Shown one piece after another: positions 27,243 through 36,363 of a stretch of DNA of 64,000 nucleotides. The position numbers and the translations under genes were made by a program. The stretch comes from an uncultured Lachnospiraceae bacterium (GTDB lineage Bacteria; Bacillota; Clostridia; Lachnospirales; Lachnospiraceae), in NCBI GenBank assembly GCA_902801515.1, contig CADCII010000020.1, positions 2,097 through 66,096 of the forward strand, given 5' to 3'. The notes under the pieces are model-generated. The model did no database searches, was not told where the DNA came from, and worked only from the letters and a program-made list of their open reading frames with translations. Each line of letters opens with the position of its first letter. Position 1 is the stretch's first letter.

Positions 27243-29063
27243 ATGAGTTTCTTTGATCTGCTGACTCTTTTCGGCGGACTTGCAATGTTTCTGTACGGCA
27301 TGCGCCTCATGGGCGACGGCCTGAAGGAAAGTGCTTCCGGTGCCCTGAAGATGGCAATGGAACACGTGACGAACAATCCGTTTAAGGCATTCCTGCTGGG
27401 ATTTGCCGTCACCGCGCTCATCCAGTCCTCAACTGCAACCATCGTCATTACGTCCGGTCTTGTCGCGGCAGGGATACTGTCACTTCACCAGTCTCTGGGC
27501 ATCATTGTCGGAGCGAACGTCGGTACGACCGTCACCGGCCAGATCATCCGTCTGCTTGATATGGATGCGTCCGGCGGATCGTGGCTGCAGATCTTCAAAC
27601 CGTCTTCTCTTGCCCCGATCGCGCTGATCATCGGCATCATCCTCATCATGGGGACGAATTTCAAAAACTCGCGCTCCATCGGCAGCATTGCGATCGGCTT
27701 CGGTATCCTGTTCTCCGGGCTGCTGAATATGACAGACGCTGTGAGCAGTCTGACCGAATCCGGCATATTTGAGAAACTCCTGTCCGGACTTGGCAGCAAT
27801 CCGCTCCTTGGATACGCAACCGGTGCCGGCGTTGCATTTGTTCTGCAGAGTTCCAGTGCTACGATCGGTATCCTCCAGGCATTTTCAGCCGCAGGCGTAC
27901 TGACGTTCAAGGCCGTGTATCCTGTTATCATCGGTGTTTACCTTGGAGACTGCGTTACGACGGCTATCGTATGTTCCATCGGCGCCAAGGTAGACTCGAA
28001 GCGTGTCGGCATCATCCATATTCTGTTTAATATCAGCAAGAGTATCCTGATCTTCCTGGTAGTGTTCATTATTCACAGGCTCGGTTTCCTGAACTGGATC
28101 TGGGATGAGACGGTGAATTCAGGTATCATTGCGAACACAAACACGCTGTTCAATCTGGGCAGCGCGCTGGCGCTCTTCCCGCTTCTCAACACCTTTGAGA
28201 GACAGAGCCGGCAGATCGTGAAAGATAAGCCTGTTCCCGAAAATAAATACAAGGTTAAACTTGACGGGCTTAATCCGGCATTCTTCGCGACGCCTGCACT
28301 TGCGCTTAAGAGCTGCTATGACCTGCTGATCACTCAGTTTGAGGCGGCGCGAGCCAATGTTGCACTGTCCATCACTCTGCTGGATGACTATGATGAGAAG
28401 AAGGCAGCGGAGGTTGACGCTGAGGAAGAGAATATCGACCTCATGACGGACCATGCGAGCCAGTATATCGTGCAGCTGCTTCCCCATCTGCGCGAAGAGT
28501 CGCAGATCTCTACGCTGGACCAATATTACAGGGTCGTTTCGGAATTTGAGAGGATCGGTGACGAGGCTGCCCAGATCACAAAGGCGGCAAGAGACCTCTC
28601 AGAGAGAGAACTGACCTTCTCTGAGATCGCTCAGCAGGAACTGAGGACTCTGTTCGGACTGGTCTCCCGCATTCTGGACTATACGGACCGCGCTTTCCGC
28701 AACGGGGATATTGAGGCGGCCTACCAGATAGAGCCACTGGAAGAAGTGGCGGATGACCTGTGCTCCATGTTTAAGGTCAATCACCTGAACCGCATGGGCA
28801 ACGGGATGTGCAAACTCTATGCGGATACCAATTTCATGAACCTGCTGTCAGCCAGCGAACATCTGGTGAGCGCATGTTCCAATATTGCCGAGGCGACCGT
28901 CATCCGGGTCAGGCCTGAACTGGCGGCAAATGAACATAACTACTTCGAGTCGCTGCGTGCGGGCGGAGACGAGTCGTACAATGAAGCTTACCGCAGCGCG
29001 AAAGAGGAATACCTCGGCAAGCTTCCGCCGGAATCACTGGATTCGGCAAACCTGAACACATGA
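27243..29063 (+). CDS. Na+/phosphate cotransporter family protein (NptA-type with C-terminal PhoU-like domain)
   Basis: LLTLFGGLAMFLYGMRLMGDGL and the duplicated QSSSAT motifs (IQSSTATIVI, LQSSSATIGI) are present. A GGGAGGG RBS precedes the ATG at 27243. Confidence 0.85.
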   Translation: MSFFDLLTLFGGLAMFLYGMRLMGDGLKESASGALKMAMEHVTNNPFKAFLLGFAVTALIQSSTATIVITSGLVAAGILSLHQSLGIIVGANVGTTVTGQIIRLLDMDASGGSWLQIFKPSSLAPIALIIGIILIMGTNFKNSRSIGSIAIGFGILFSGLLNMTDAVSSLTESGIFEKLLSGLGSNPLLGYATGAGVAFVLQSSSATIGILQAFSAAGVLTFKAVYPVIIGVYLGDCVTTAIVCSIGAKVDSKRVGIIHILFNISKSILIFLVVFIIHRLGFLNWIWDETVNSGIIANTNTLFNLGSALALFPLLNTFERQSRQIVKDKPVPENKYKVKLDGLNPAFFATPALALKSCYDLLITQFEAARANVALSITLLDDYDEKKAAEVDAEEENIDLMTDHASQYIVQLLPHLREESQISTLDQYYRVVSEFERIGDEAAQITKAARDLSERELTFSEIAQQELRTLFGLVSRILDYTDRAFRNGDIEAAYQIEPLEEVADDLCSMFKVNHLNRMGNGMCKLYADTNFMNLLSASEHLVSACSNIAEATVIRVRPELAANEHNYFESLRAGGDESYNEAYRSAKEEYLGKLPPESLDSANLNT

Positions 29064-29072
29064 GAATAAAGA

Positions 29073-29097
29073 GTTCCGGACAGAAACTGTCCGGAAC
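29073..29097. terminator. Bidirectional hairpin between convergent genes
   Basis: GTTCCGGACAG-AAA-CTGTCCGGAAC forms a perfect 11-bp stem. Confidence 0.6.
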
Positions 29098-29108
29098 AGA
29101 ATAGAAAA

Positions 29109-29129
29109 TCCCGGGGAAGATCCCCGGGA
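29109..29129. terminator. Second hairpin between convergent genes
   Basis: TCCCGGGGA-AGA-TCCCCGGGA forms a perfect 9-bp stem. Confidence 0.5.
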
Positions 29130-29138
29130 GGTATGAGA

Positions 29139-30515
29139 TCACTCCGAAGGAACGGCAGTGGTCTCTTTTATTTCTGCTGTTCCTGCCGGAAGCAGGATGC
29201 GGATCCTTGTACCCAGGCCTGTGCGGGACAGGATCTCAAAATGACCTTTATGCTTATCGACGATCCATTTCGCGATGGACAGTCCCAGGCCGGTTCCCTG
29301 GTAGGAGCGGACTTCGTCTGAGCGGTAGAAGCGCTCAAACATATGCTTCACGTCAGCTTCTTGCATGCCGATGCCGGTATCCTGGACCTGGATGTACGCT
29401 TCATTTCCTGAAGATCCGCACGCCAGGAGGATCTCGTCACCGGGATTGGTATATTTCGCTGCATTGTCGATCAGGATGCGGACAGCCTGCTTGAGCAGCC
29501 CGATATCCGCGCTGACGGTCACGGGCCTCTCCGGTGAACGGTACCGGTAAGGGTGCTCTTCATCGATCATAAATGATTCTTCATAGACCTCCTGCATCAT
29601 GGAGCCAAGATCTGTCTCTTCCAGGGTGACAGAGGTCTTTCCGCTGTCACCGCGTGCCAGGAACAGGAGCTGTTCCACCAGGTGGTTCATATGCTGAGCT
29701 TCGTTCTGGATGGCAGTGATGGACTCATCGAGGATCTTCTCATCGTCCTTGCCCCAGCGGTCCAGCATGTTGGCGTAACCCTGTATGACGGCTATGGGAG
29801 TCCGCAGCTCGTGGGATGCGTCATTGACAAAACGTGCCTGCTGCCTGTAGGTGTCCCGCATGCGGATCAGAAGATTGTTCATGGCAGCCTCGACTCCCGT
29901 CAGGTCAGAATCCTGGAAGGAGAGAGTCGTCGATTCACCGGGCTGGATATGGTCGATCGCGTTCTCCAGCAGCTGGTATTTGTCTTCTGTAAATGAAAGC
30001 CTGCTCAGTTCATCCGCTTTCAGGGCGATCTCATTGATAGGACTAAGGATCCTGCGGATACGCCGGTTTTCACTGAAGTATCCAAAGAGAATCCCCAGCA
30101 GCTGGAGCCCCAGGAGAGAGAGGACGACGCAGCTCACAATAATAAAAAACAGAGTGACATTTTTGCTCAGCAGAGTCGTTCCGTCACCGTCGGCAATCGT
30201 ATACCAGATCTGCCTGGCTGATCTGTCTGTGGAAAACCATCTTGAGGTATCCTTCAGGGATTCGAAGCCGGACAGAGTACTGTATTCCAGCCCGGCCAGA
30301 AATGCGACGGAGGAGAGCAGGAACAGCAGAATGTCGGAAAACAGGTAGATACCCAGTTTCCGGCGGACAAGACGTATATTCAGTTTGCGCGTAATGGAGG
30401 TCATCCGCCGCGACTGGTCGCCATAGAACACACGGCGGCCGGAGGCCTTCTTACCGGTTTTGGGAGAGGTATTTTTTTTATTTTTCATAATCGTGATTAA
30501 CCGCAGTCTTCCCAT
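29139..30515 (-). CDS. Sensor histidine kinase (HisKA + HATPase_c, two N-terminal TM helices)
   Basis: The H-box is FVNDASHELRTPIAVIQGY, the G-boxes are DTGIGM and GTGLGLSI, and the N-box is IDNAAKYT. The start is uncertain: it is either 30515, which overlaps the regulator gene, or 30488. Confidence 0.85.
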   Translation of the reverse strand: MGRLRLITIMKNKKNTSPKTGKKASGRRVFYGDQSRRMTSITRKLNIRLVRRKLGIYLFSDILLFLLSSVAFLAGLEYSTLSGFESLKDTSRWFSTDRSARQIWYTIADGDGTTLLSKNVTLFFIIVSCVVLSLLGLQLLGILFGYFSENRRIRRILSPINEIALKADELSRLSFTEDKYQLLENAIDHIQPGESTTLSFQDSDLTGVEAAMNNLLIRMRDTYRQQARFVNDASHELRTPIAVIQGYANMLDRWGKDDEKILDESITAIQNEAQHMNHLVEQLLFLARGDSGKTSVTLEETDLGSMMQEVYEESFMIDEEHPYRYRSPERPVTVSADIGLLKQAVRILIDNAAKYTNPGDEILLACGSSGNEAYIQVQDTGIGMQEADVKHMFERFYRSDEVRSYQGTGLGLSIAKWIVDKHKGHFEILSRTGLGTRIRILLPAGTAEIKETTAVPSE

Positions 30516-31213
30516 TTATTGATCACATATCCGACGCCGCGGACTGTCCGGATCATCTGAACAGAGAAGACATCATCGATCTTGGAGCGCAGGTACCGGA
30601 TATAAACATCAATGACATTGGTCTCGCCCGCGTACTCATAGCCGCAGACTTTCTCCAGCAGTGTATCGCGCGAGAGTACGATATCCGTGTTCTCCAGAAG
30701 GGTCTGGAGCATCAGGAATTCCCGGTTGGTCAGAGTGATCTCGTGACCGTTCATCGTAACCCGGTGCCTGGGGATATCCATTGTGAGAGGTCCCCAGACC
30801 AGCAGGCCTTCACCGGATGCCTGTTCAGCTGCCGCGCCGCCTGCCTGACGGGAATGAAGCTTGAGAGCGACACGGATCCGCGCAAGCAGTTCTTCGATGG
30901 CAAACGGCTTGGTGACATAATCGACAGCGCCCGCATCCAGCCCCGAGACCTTGTCCATGACAGCGTCGCGCGCCGTCAGCAGGATAACGGGGGTGTCCTT
31001 TTCCTTTTTCAGCCTGCGAAGAACCTCCAGGCCATTGAGTTCAGGAAGCATGATGTCCAGCAGGATCAGGTCATAGGATCCGGCCAGAGCCTCGGCAAGG
31101 GCAGCGCGGCCGCTGCCCTCTGTTTTCACCGTATATCCCTCATGGATCAGTTCCAGCTCGACAAAGCGGGCCAGTTTCTCTTCGTCTTCTACAACAAGGA
31201 TATTTGCGTTCAT
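30497..31213 (-). CDS. OmpR-family response regulator
   Basis: The receiver domain shows ILVVEDE, DLILLDIMLPELNG and LTARD. The winged-helix output domain shows LTNREFLMLQTLL and IRTVRGVGY. Confidence 0.9.
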   Translation of the reverse strand: MNANILVVEDEEKLARFVELELIHEGYTVKTEGSGRAALAEALAGSYDLILLDIMLPELNGLEVLRRLKKEKDTPVILLTARDAVMDKVSGLDAGAVDYVTKPFAIEELLARIRVALKLHSRQAGGAAAEQASGEGLLVWGPLTMDIPRHRVTMNGHEITLTNREFLMLQTLLENTDIVLSRDTLLEKVCGYEYAGETNVIDVYIRYLRSKIDDVFSVQMIRTVRGVGYVINKWEDCG

Positions 31214-31260
31214 ATGTCACTCCTGTCCAGTCGGGACTGCTGAAGTTTACTGATTACTGT

Positions 31261-31872
31261 TTACTGTGCGTTATTTTCACCGTTGCTGCCGGTGTTCTCG
31301 GAAGCAGTGCTTTCGGAAGCAGCATTTCCTGACGCAGCTTTTCCTGAGCTGGTGAAGCCTTCCCTCAGGCTCTCGGCTGCATTGGAGGCAGATTCCATAA
31401 ATGCGTTTGCCTGTTTCAGCTCATCTTTTCCTTCAAAGGAATAGCGGAAACCGAACAGCAGCGCGATAAGCATGACAGGGATCGTGATCTTCCATGTAAA
31501 GAGCAGGATCACAACAGCTGCCAGGAGCGGCAGGCGGATCATGTTGTTGTCACGATGATTGATGCAGAAGGAGTTGTCCCGGCAGATGCGGAAGAACTTG
31601 CGGATGGCGCCGCCGATGGTCTTGCCCGGGCGGGGCTGCCGCTCTTCCTGCTCTATCACCTTCTGGATCACGGGGATGTATTCTTCCTGCTGGTCATAAC
31701 TGGTGGAATACTGTTCCTGTCTGGGACTGTTGGTCTTCCCGGCTTTCTCAAGCGCGACCATCGCGTCCAGCAGATCCCAGTTATTTTCCTCCAGGGCAGC
31801 CTTGGCTTCCTGGTAAGATACATTTGCACGTTCTCTGAGCTTTTCGACTTTTTCAAGATTATCCATTTTCAT
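31261..31872 (-). CDS. Membrane protein with an N-terminal UBA/EF-Ts-N-like domain (DUF4342-like); first gene of the two-component operon
   Basis: VEKLRERANVSYQEAKAALEENNWDLLDAMVALEKAGK follows the UBA-like pattern. Two TM helices are present, and the tail is rich in Ser, Ala and Asn. Confidence 0.55.
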   Translation of the reverse strand: MKMDNLEKVEKLRERANVSYQEAKAALEENNWDLLDAMVALEKAGKTNSPRQEQYSTSYDQQEEYIPVIQKVIEQEERQPRPGKTIGGAIRKFFRICRDNSFCINHRDNNMIRLPLLAAVVILLFTWKITIPVMLIALLFGFRYSFEGKDELKQANAFMESASNAAESLREGFTSSGKAASGNAASESTASENTGSNGENNAQ

Positions 31873-32141
31873 TTCCTTTCCTGTGTCTGCCTCCCGGCAG
31901 CTTTATGCTGTAACCGCCTTCCGGATTTCCGGACCGGCATCTCTTTGACGATTGTCATGATAACGGTCCTGCCTTAACTGTGCTTTTAAGTAAGATTAAA
32001 AACACATTAGAAATACCTGACACAGGTTTTAACTAAGGGACAGTATACCACAGGAACAGAGGACGCTGACAAAACAATATCTGTCTGATGCGTTCTGTGC
32101 AGCTTAGCCTGCGTGCAGACAGTGGGAAATGAGAACGAGAT

Positions 32142-32172
32142 GGCGCAACAAAACGGCCGTTTTTGTTGCGCC
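32142..32172. other. 31-nt near-perfect palindrome in a ~490-bp non-coding region
   Basis: In GGCGCAACAAAACGGCCGTTTTTGTTGCGCC the 12-bp arms GGCGCAACAAAA and TTTTGTTGCGCC pair, and the centre is also self-complementary. No flanking U-tract is present. Confidence 0.6.
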
Positions 32173-32360
32173 TGTGGTTGGGCGATTCTGCGGTTTGGCA
32201 TAAAAATGCAACAATCCCCATGTTTTTGCGAGATACCGATAAGAATTCATTTTCCAAAGACTATACAATTAGGGTAAGAAACAGAGACAGACCATATCAG
32301 TACAGGATATCAGATACAGAAAACAGCACTGTGAGTGCGCAGGAAAGGAGACAGAGCAGC

Positions 32361-33233
32361 ATGTACAAGTATGACAGAAAAGGACCGAAGCGCGGAGTGG
32401 CTCTCTACAGCTATTCGGCTGAGTTCGGACTGACCAAGACCCTGGAGGATTGCTTTGAAGATGTGCACGATATGGGGGCGCACGGGATTGAGATCCTTGC
32501 CAACACACACATCGAGAACTATCCGTATCCCACGGATGAGTGGGTTGAGAAATGGTGGAAGCTCTGCGACAAATATGAGATCGTTCCCGTAGAATACGGC
32601 AACTGGATCGACTCCCATGTGCTCGGAGACAGAGATCTCACGACGGAGGAGTCCATTGAAATGCTCAAGAGAGATATCCGCCTGGCGCACCGCCTCGGCT
32701 TTACCGTCATGAGGACCAAGATGCCCGTCATCAACGATCTGCTCGAGCCGGTTCTCAACTGGAGAGAGATCATCGAAGGAGCGCTTCCGCTGGCAGAGGA
32801 ACTCGGGATCAGAATGTGCCCGGAGATCCACACACCGTCCAACCTTAAGGGCAAGCTGGTCACGGACTTTGTAGACTTCATCAAAGAGACCGGGACAAAG
32901 AACTTCGGACTGAACATTGACTTCTCCGTGTTCCGCACAGGGTTCTCCGAGGGTGAATGGAGAGATCCGAACTATACGCCCAACGTACCGGAAGACATCA
33001 TCCCGCTTCTGCCGTACATCTACTGCTGCCATGCAAAGTTCATCAACATGAGCGATGACTTTGAAGAGACCACCATTCCTTATCCGGAGATCGTGAAGGT
33101 CATGCAGGAGAACGGCTATGACGGCTATCTTCTGAGTGAGTACGAAGGCGCGGATAAGTATGAGGACGGCTATGAAGTGGGACAGACCCTGAGAAAACAG
33201 CACATCATGCTCAAGAATCTGCTTGGTGACTAA
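32361..33233 (+). CDS. Xylose-isomerase-like TIM-barrel protein, candidate C-glycoside deglycosidase alpha subunit (DgpC/CarB-like)
   Basis: The TIM-barrel sugar-phosphate isomerase/epimerase pattern is visible ([19 protein letters not shown]). A DUF6379-like small-subunit gene follows 12 nt downstream. An AGGAAAGGAG RBS precedes the ATG at 32361; the track start at 32163 lies in non-coding-looking sequence. Confidence 0.6.
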   Translation: MYKYDRKGPKRGVALYSYSAEFGLTKTLEDCFEDVHDMGAHGIEILANTHIENYPYPTDEWVEKWWKLCDKYEIVPVEYGNWIDSHVLGDRDLTTEESIEMLKRDIRLAHRLGFTVMRTKMPVINDLLEPVLNWREIIEGALPLAEELGIRMCPEIHTPSNLKGKLVTDFVDFIKETGTKNFGLNIDFSVFRTGFSEGEWRDPNYTPNVPEDIIPLLPYIYCCHAKFINMSDDFEETTIPYPEIVKVMQENGYDGYLLSEYEGADKYEDGYEVGQTLRKQHIMLKNLLGD

Positions 33234-33245
33234 GGAGGTATCGAT

Positions 33246-33689
33246 ATGGAAAAACAGGTTATCCAGTCTGTAGGATTCAGAAACACCAAAGACGAGAACG
33301 GCAATGTCACCGGCTTTCAGTTCAAAGTAAGACTTCCGTACTACAGAGGAATCTTCCTCTCTCAGCTGCGCCCGGGCACCCTCTTTGTGGATGGCGAAAA
33401 GATTGAGAAGGACGACATCATCTGGAACATTAACGGCGAAGACTTTACCAATGAAGAAATGAAGTCCGACTTCCAGACACACTGGGCAGTCACGTCCCCC
33501 GCAGTCCTGAAGGTGAAGAAGGCAGGCGGGCTGGCACAGGGCTACCATGACCTGAAGTACGGATTCTGCTTCACGTCATCCTACATGCCGCCGATCATCC
33601 AGGATCATCTGGATCCGGACCAGGAAAGCATGGTCTTCATGCCTGAGTTCGGACATCACGTAAATGAGAGAAGACTTCTGATTGTCTGA
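33246..33689 (+). CDS. C-glycoside deglycosidase beta-subunit-like protein (DUF6379-like)
   Basis: The 147-aa product begins MEKQVIQSVGFRNTKDENGNVTGFQFKVRLPYYRGIFLSQL...DGEKI. This matches my recollection of the DgpB/CarC-type small subunits, and the gene is genetically coupled to a TIM-barrel partner. Confidence 0.55.
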   Translation: MEKQVIQSVGFRNTKDENGNVTGFQFKVRLPYYRGIFLSQLRPGTLFVDGEKIEKDDIIWNINGEDFTNEEMKSDFQTHWAVTSPAVLKVKKAGGLAQGYHDLKYGFCFTSSYMPPIIQDHLDPDQESMVFMPEFGHHVNERRLLIV

Positions 33690-33893
33690 CAGGGATAATT
33701 TATTTCACTTTTTTTTATCCTTACTCGGAAGAGAAACAGTCAGAATGCAATATTCGTCAATCAAAATATCCGTCTGGGCAAGATTGAGGGGATATTTCAA
33801 GTTATAATAACAGACAGACAGGGCGGATATGCCCGGAATTGTAACAGAACGTGTTATACAATGCAGAATAATATGAAAAGGGAGGAATCTAAA

Positions 33894-34733
33894 ATGAGCA
33901 AAAAGCTTCCGGTTGGAATTCAGGTGTACGGTCTGAGAGATCTTCTTGAGAATACTCCGGAGAACTTCAAGAACGTTATGGAGCAGGTCAAGGCTCTGGG
34001 ATATGACGGAGTTGAGCTGGCAGGTCTGTATGGACTTACCCCTGAATATGTCAAGGAAGTTCTGGATGAAGTAGGTCTTGTGCCGATCAGCGCGCATGTT
34101 GCTTTCGCTGAGATGATGGAAGATCTGGATACCATCATCGCTGATTACAAGAAGATCGGCGTTCAGTATCTGGTTATGCCGTACATGGCAGAAGAGTATC
34201 GTCCGGTCAATCCGGAAGGATTCAAGAAGTTCCTTCCGATGCTGAACGAAGTCGGCAAGAAGATCCATGATGCCGGAATGACTTTCCTGTATCACAACCA
34301 TGATTTCGAGTTCGTTAAGATGGAAGACGGACAGTGGGGCTACGACGTAATGTTCGCATCCATTCCGCATGACAACCTGATGCCGGAACTTGACACCTGC
34401 TGGTGCGACGTTGCTACAGGCGATGCTCCCGGATTCATCAAGAAGTATTCCGGACGCATCCCGGTCATCCACCTGAAGGACTACATCAAGAAGGGTGAAG
34501 TCAAGAACATGTACAAGCTGATCGGAATCGACGATGAAGAGTCCGAGGGCGACACCGGTTACTTCGGTCTTCGTCCGGTAGGCTTCGGCCAGATGATCTG
34601 GGAGCCGGTTCTTGAGGCAGGCCTGGAAGCAGACGCTAAATGGGTCATCGTAGAGCAGGATGAGCACTATGAAGTGGATCCGCTGGAGTGCGCAAGAAGA
34701 AGCCGCGAATATCTGAAGATCCTTGGCTGGTAA
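33894..34733 (+). CDS. Sugar phosphate isomerase/epimerase (xylose-isomerase-like TIM barrel)
   Basis: MSKKLPVGIQVYGLRDLL..., GYDGVELAG, YHNHDFEF and IHLKD form the typical AP_endonuc_2 pattern. A GGGAGG RBS precedes the ATG at 33894. Confidence 0.8.
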   Translation: MSKKLPVGIQVYGLRDLLENTPENFKNVMEQVKALGYDGVELAGLYGLTPEYVKEVLDEVGLVPISAHVAFAEMMEDLDTIIADYKKIGVQYLVMPYMAEEYRPVNPEGFKKFLPMLNEVGKKIHDAGMTFLYHNHDFEFVKMEDGQWGYDVMFASIPHDNLMPELDTCWCDVATGDAPGFIKKYSGRIPVIHLKDYIKKGEVKNMYKLIGIDDEESEGDTGYFGLRPVGFGQMIWEPVLEAGLEADAKWVIVEQDEHYEVDPLECARRSREYLKILGW

Positions 34734-34795
34734 TGTGTAAGCAGTAAACCGATATCATTTTTAACCCTATACCATTCAAACGAAAGGAATCAATC

Positions 34796-36073
34796 ATGAA
34801 AGAAATGAGAATTGCCATCATCGGCTGCGGTATGATCTCTCACAGACATATGACCGTTATCGAGAACCTGAAAGCTCTTGGCTACAACCTGAAGGTCGTA
34901 GCAGCTGCCGAAGTCAAGAAAGACAGACTTATGGCATGGGGCAAGCAGTATGGACTGGATGAGAAGGACCTGTATCAGGACTTCCGTGAGATGCTGAAGA
35001 GAGATGACATCGACGAAGTCGAGGTCTGCGTACACAACAACCTGCACACTTCTGTTTCGACTGCAGTCATGGCAGCAGGATTCCCGTGCTATTCCGAGAA
35101 GCCGATGGCAGCAAGCTATGCAGATGCCAAGATCCTCTATGACGCACAGAAGAAATACGGCCAGAAGCTGGCTGTCCAGATCAGCTCCATCTACAATCCG
35201 CAGACCCGTATCGCAAAGAAGATGATCGCGGAAGGCAAGCTCGGCAAAGTCTATCACGCTCGTTCCGTAGGCCACAGACGTCAGGGCCGTCCGGGCTATG
35301 ATATGCCGTTCTTCAGCCAGGATTTCATCGATCCGAAGATTGGCGTTCACGGACCGCTGTTTGACCTTGGTATCTATCATCTGGCACAGATGCTCTATGT
35401 ACTGGGCATGCCGGAACTTGAGAGCGTATACGGCTTCCAGAGCTGCGATTACTGGACCGATCCGGCGATCGACAAACTTGTCGGACGCACCGCACCGGTG
35501 GAAGACCTCGGCGTAGGTATGGCACGCTTCAAGGGCGGCCTGTGCATGGATATCTATGAAGACTGGGCAATCCATATGGAAGATATCGGCGGAAGCTTCA
35601 TCGCAGGTTCTCTCGGCGGACTGAAGTTCCTCGATGTTGACCAGACCGGCGGCCCGATGGCAGTTCCGGCAGGCGGACAGATCGTCGGCGGCGGCAACCT
35701 GCAGAAGCCGAGACTGGTGTACTACGGCGTAGACTCCGAAGCAAAACTCTTCGAGACCAAGCTCGACTGCGCGATCGGCGATGTCACCGGACAGCAGGAA
35801 CTCCTGATCCATCCGGAGATGGCTATGTACAACGACAACCAGCTGCAGTGGTACTCCTATCTGTGGGGCGACCTCACAGACGAGACCAGGATCGACTCCC
35901 CGTACATCGCAATGCAGACCGCATTCCTGTCAGAGGGCGTTGTCCTCTCCAGCGACCTCGGCCGCAGCGTGACAGCAGACGAGATCAAGGCTATGGCGAA
36001 GTCCATCGCACTGCGTGAGCAGGAGACCGAATTCGGAACCATCACATACGACTTCGACGACTACAAGGCATAA
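34796..36073 (+). CDS. Gfo/Idh/MocA-family NAD(P)-dependent oxidoreductase (candidate glycoside 3-oxidase, DgpA-like)
   Basis: The Rossmann N-terminus is MRIAIIGCGMISHRHM, and the EKP motif appears in CYSEKPMA. The gene sits next to the deglycosidase-like genes. Confidence 0.75.
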   Translation: MKEMRIAIIGCGMISHRHMTVIENLKALGYNLKVVAAAEVKKDRLMAWGKQYGLDEKDLYQDFREMLKRDDIDEVEVCVHNNLHTSVSTAVMAAGFPCYSEKPMAASYADAKILYDAQKKYGQKLAVQISSIYNPQTRIAKKMIAEGKLGKVYHARSVGHRRQGRPGYDMPFFSQDFIDPKIGVHGPLFDLGIYHLAQMLYVLGMPELESVYGFQSCDYWTDPAIDKLVGRTAPVEDLGVGMARFKGGLCMDIYEDWAIHMEDIGGSFIAGSLGGLKFLDVDQTGGPMAVPAGGQIVGGGNLQKPRLVYYGVDSEAKLFETKLDCAIGDVTGQQELLIHPEMAMYNDNQLQWYSYLWGDLTDETRIDSPYIAMQTAFLSEGVVLSSDLGRSVTADEIKAMAKSIALREQETEFGTITYDFDDYKA

Positions 36074-36118
36074 TCCTCATTAATACAATCAGCAAACAAC
36101 AAATACAATCAACAAAAA

Positions 36119-36156
36119 CTGTGCCGCGGGTGTCTGGCCCGCGGCACGGCTTTTTT
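36119..36156 (+). terminator. Intrinsic terminator of the oxidoreductase cluster
   Basis: GTGCCGCGGG-(7 nt)-CCCGCGGCAC forms the stem, followed by GGCTTTTTT. Confidence 0.8.
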
Positions 36157-36172
36157 ATTGAGGAGTGCTTTT

Positions 36173-36229
36173 TTGCACAAGTGCCTGTCACTCGTTCAAC
36201 TTTGCACAAGTGCCTGTCACCTGTTCACC
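36173..36229 (+). repeat. Two tandem REP-like units (about 28-bp period), loop orientation CCTGT
   Basis: The two units are TTGCACAAGTGCCTGTCACTCGTTCAAC and TTTGCACAAGTGCCTGTCACCTGTTCACC. Confidence 0.85.
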
Positions 36230-36242
36230 TCCCGGGCTGCTC

Positions 36243-36271
36243 TCGACAAAGGCGTTTATATCCAATATAAT
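36243..36271 (+). promoter_or_regulatory. Sigma-70-type promoter for the P-type ATPase gene
   Basis: A -35 box TCGACA (36243-36248) is separated by a 17-nt spacer from a -10 box TATAAT (36266-36271). Confidence 0.5.
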
Positions 36272-36308
36272 CGTCCATAGATTCTGATAAGGAATGTCAT
36301 TGTTTGAC

Positions 36309-36339
36309 CTTGATTGCAGATCGTATATCTGCAATCAAG
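36309..36339 (+). promoter_or_regulatory. Perfect 13-bp inverted repeat in the ATPase 5' leader (operator or RNA hairpin)
   Basis: The sequence is CTTGATTGCAGAT-CGTAT-ATCTGCAATCAAG. It lies about 38 nt downstream of the -10 box and 25 nt upstream of the ATG. Confidence 0.5.
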
Positions 36340-36363
36340 ACGATAAGACAAGGGGTGTGCATT

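Noticed and set aside
32163-32360. The N-terminal extension of the TIM-barrel ORF (track start 32163). The same issue applies to the extensions at 9771, 15121, 36304, 55761, 58671 and 62814.
   Set aside because: The extensions have non-protein-like composition, overlap upstream genes or promoters, and lack an RBS. Internal ATG codons with strong Shine-Dalgarno sequences coincide with the start of family-typical N-termini.
32310-35812. Long minus-strand ORFs (32310-33548, 33705-34667, 34790-35812) opposite the sugar-cluster genes.
   Set aside because: All three are antisense shadows of well-supported plus-strand genes. They have no RBS or start context and no recognisable domains, and their composition is atypical.
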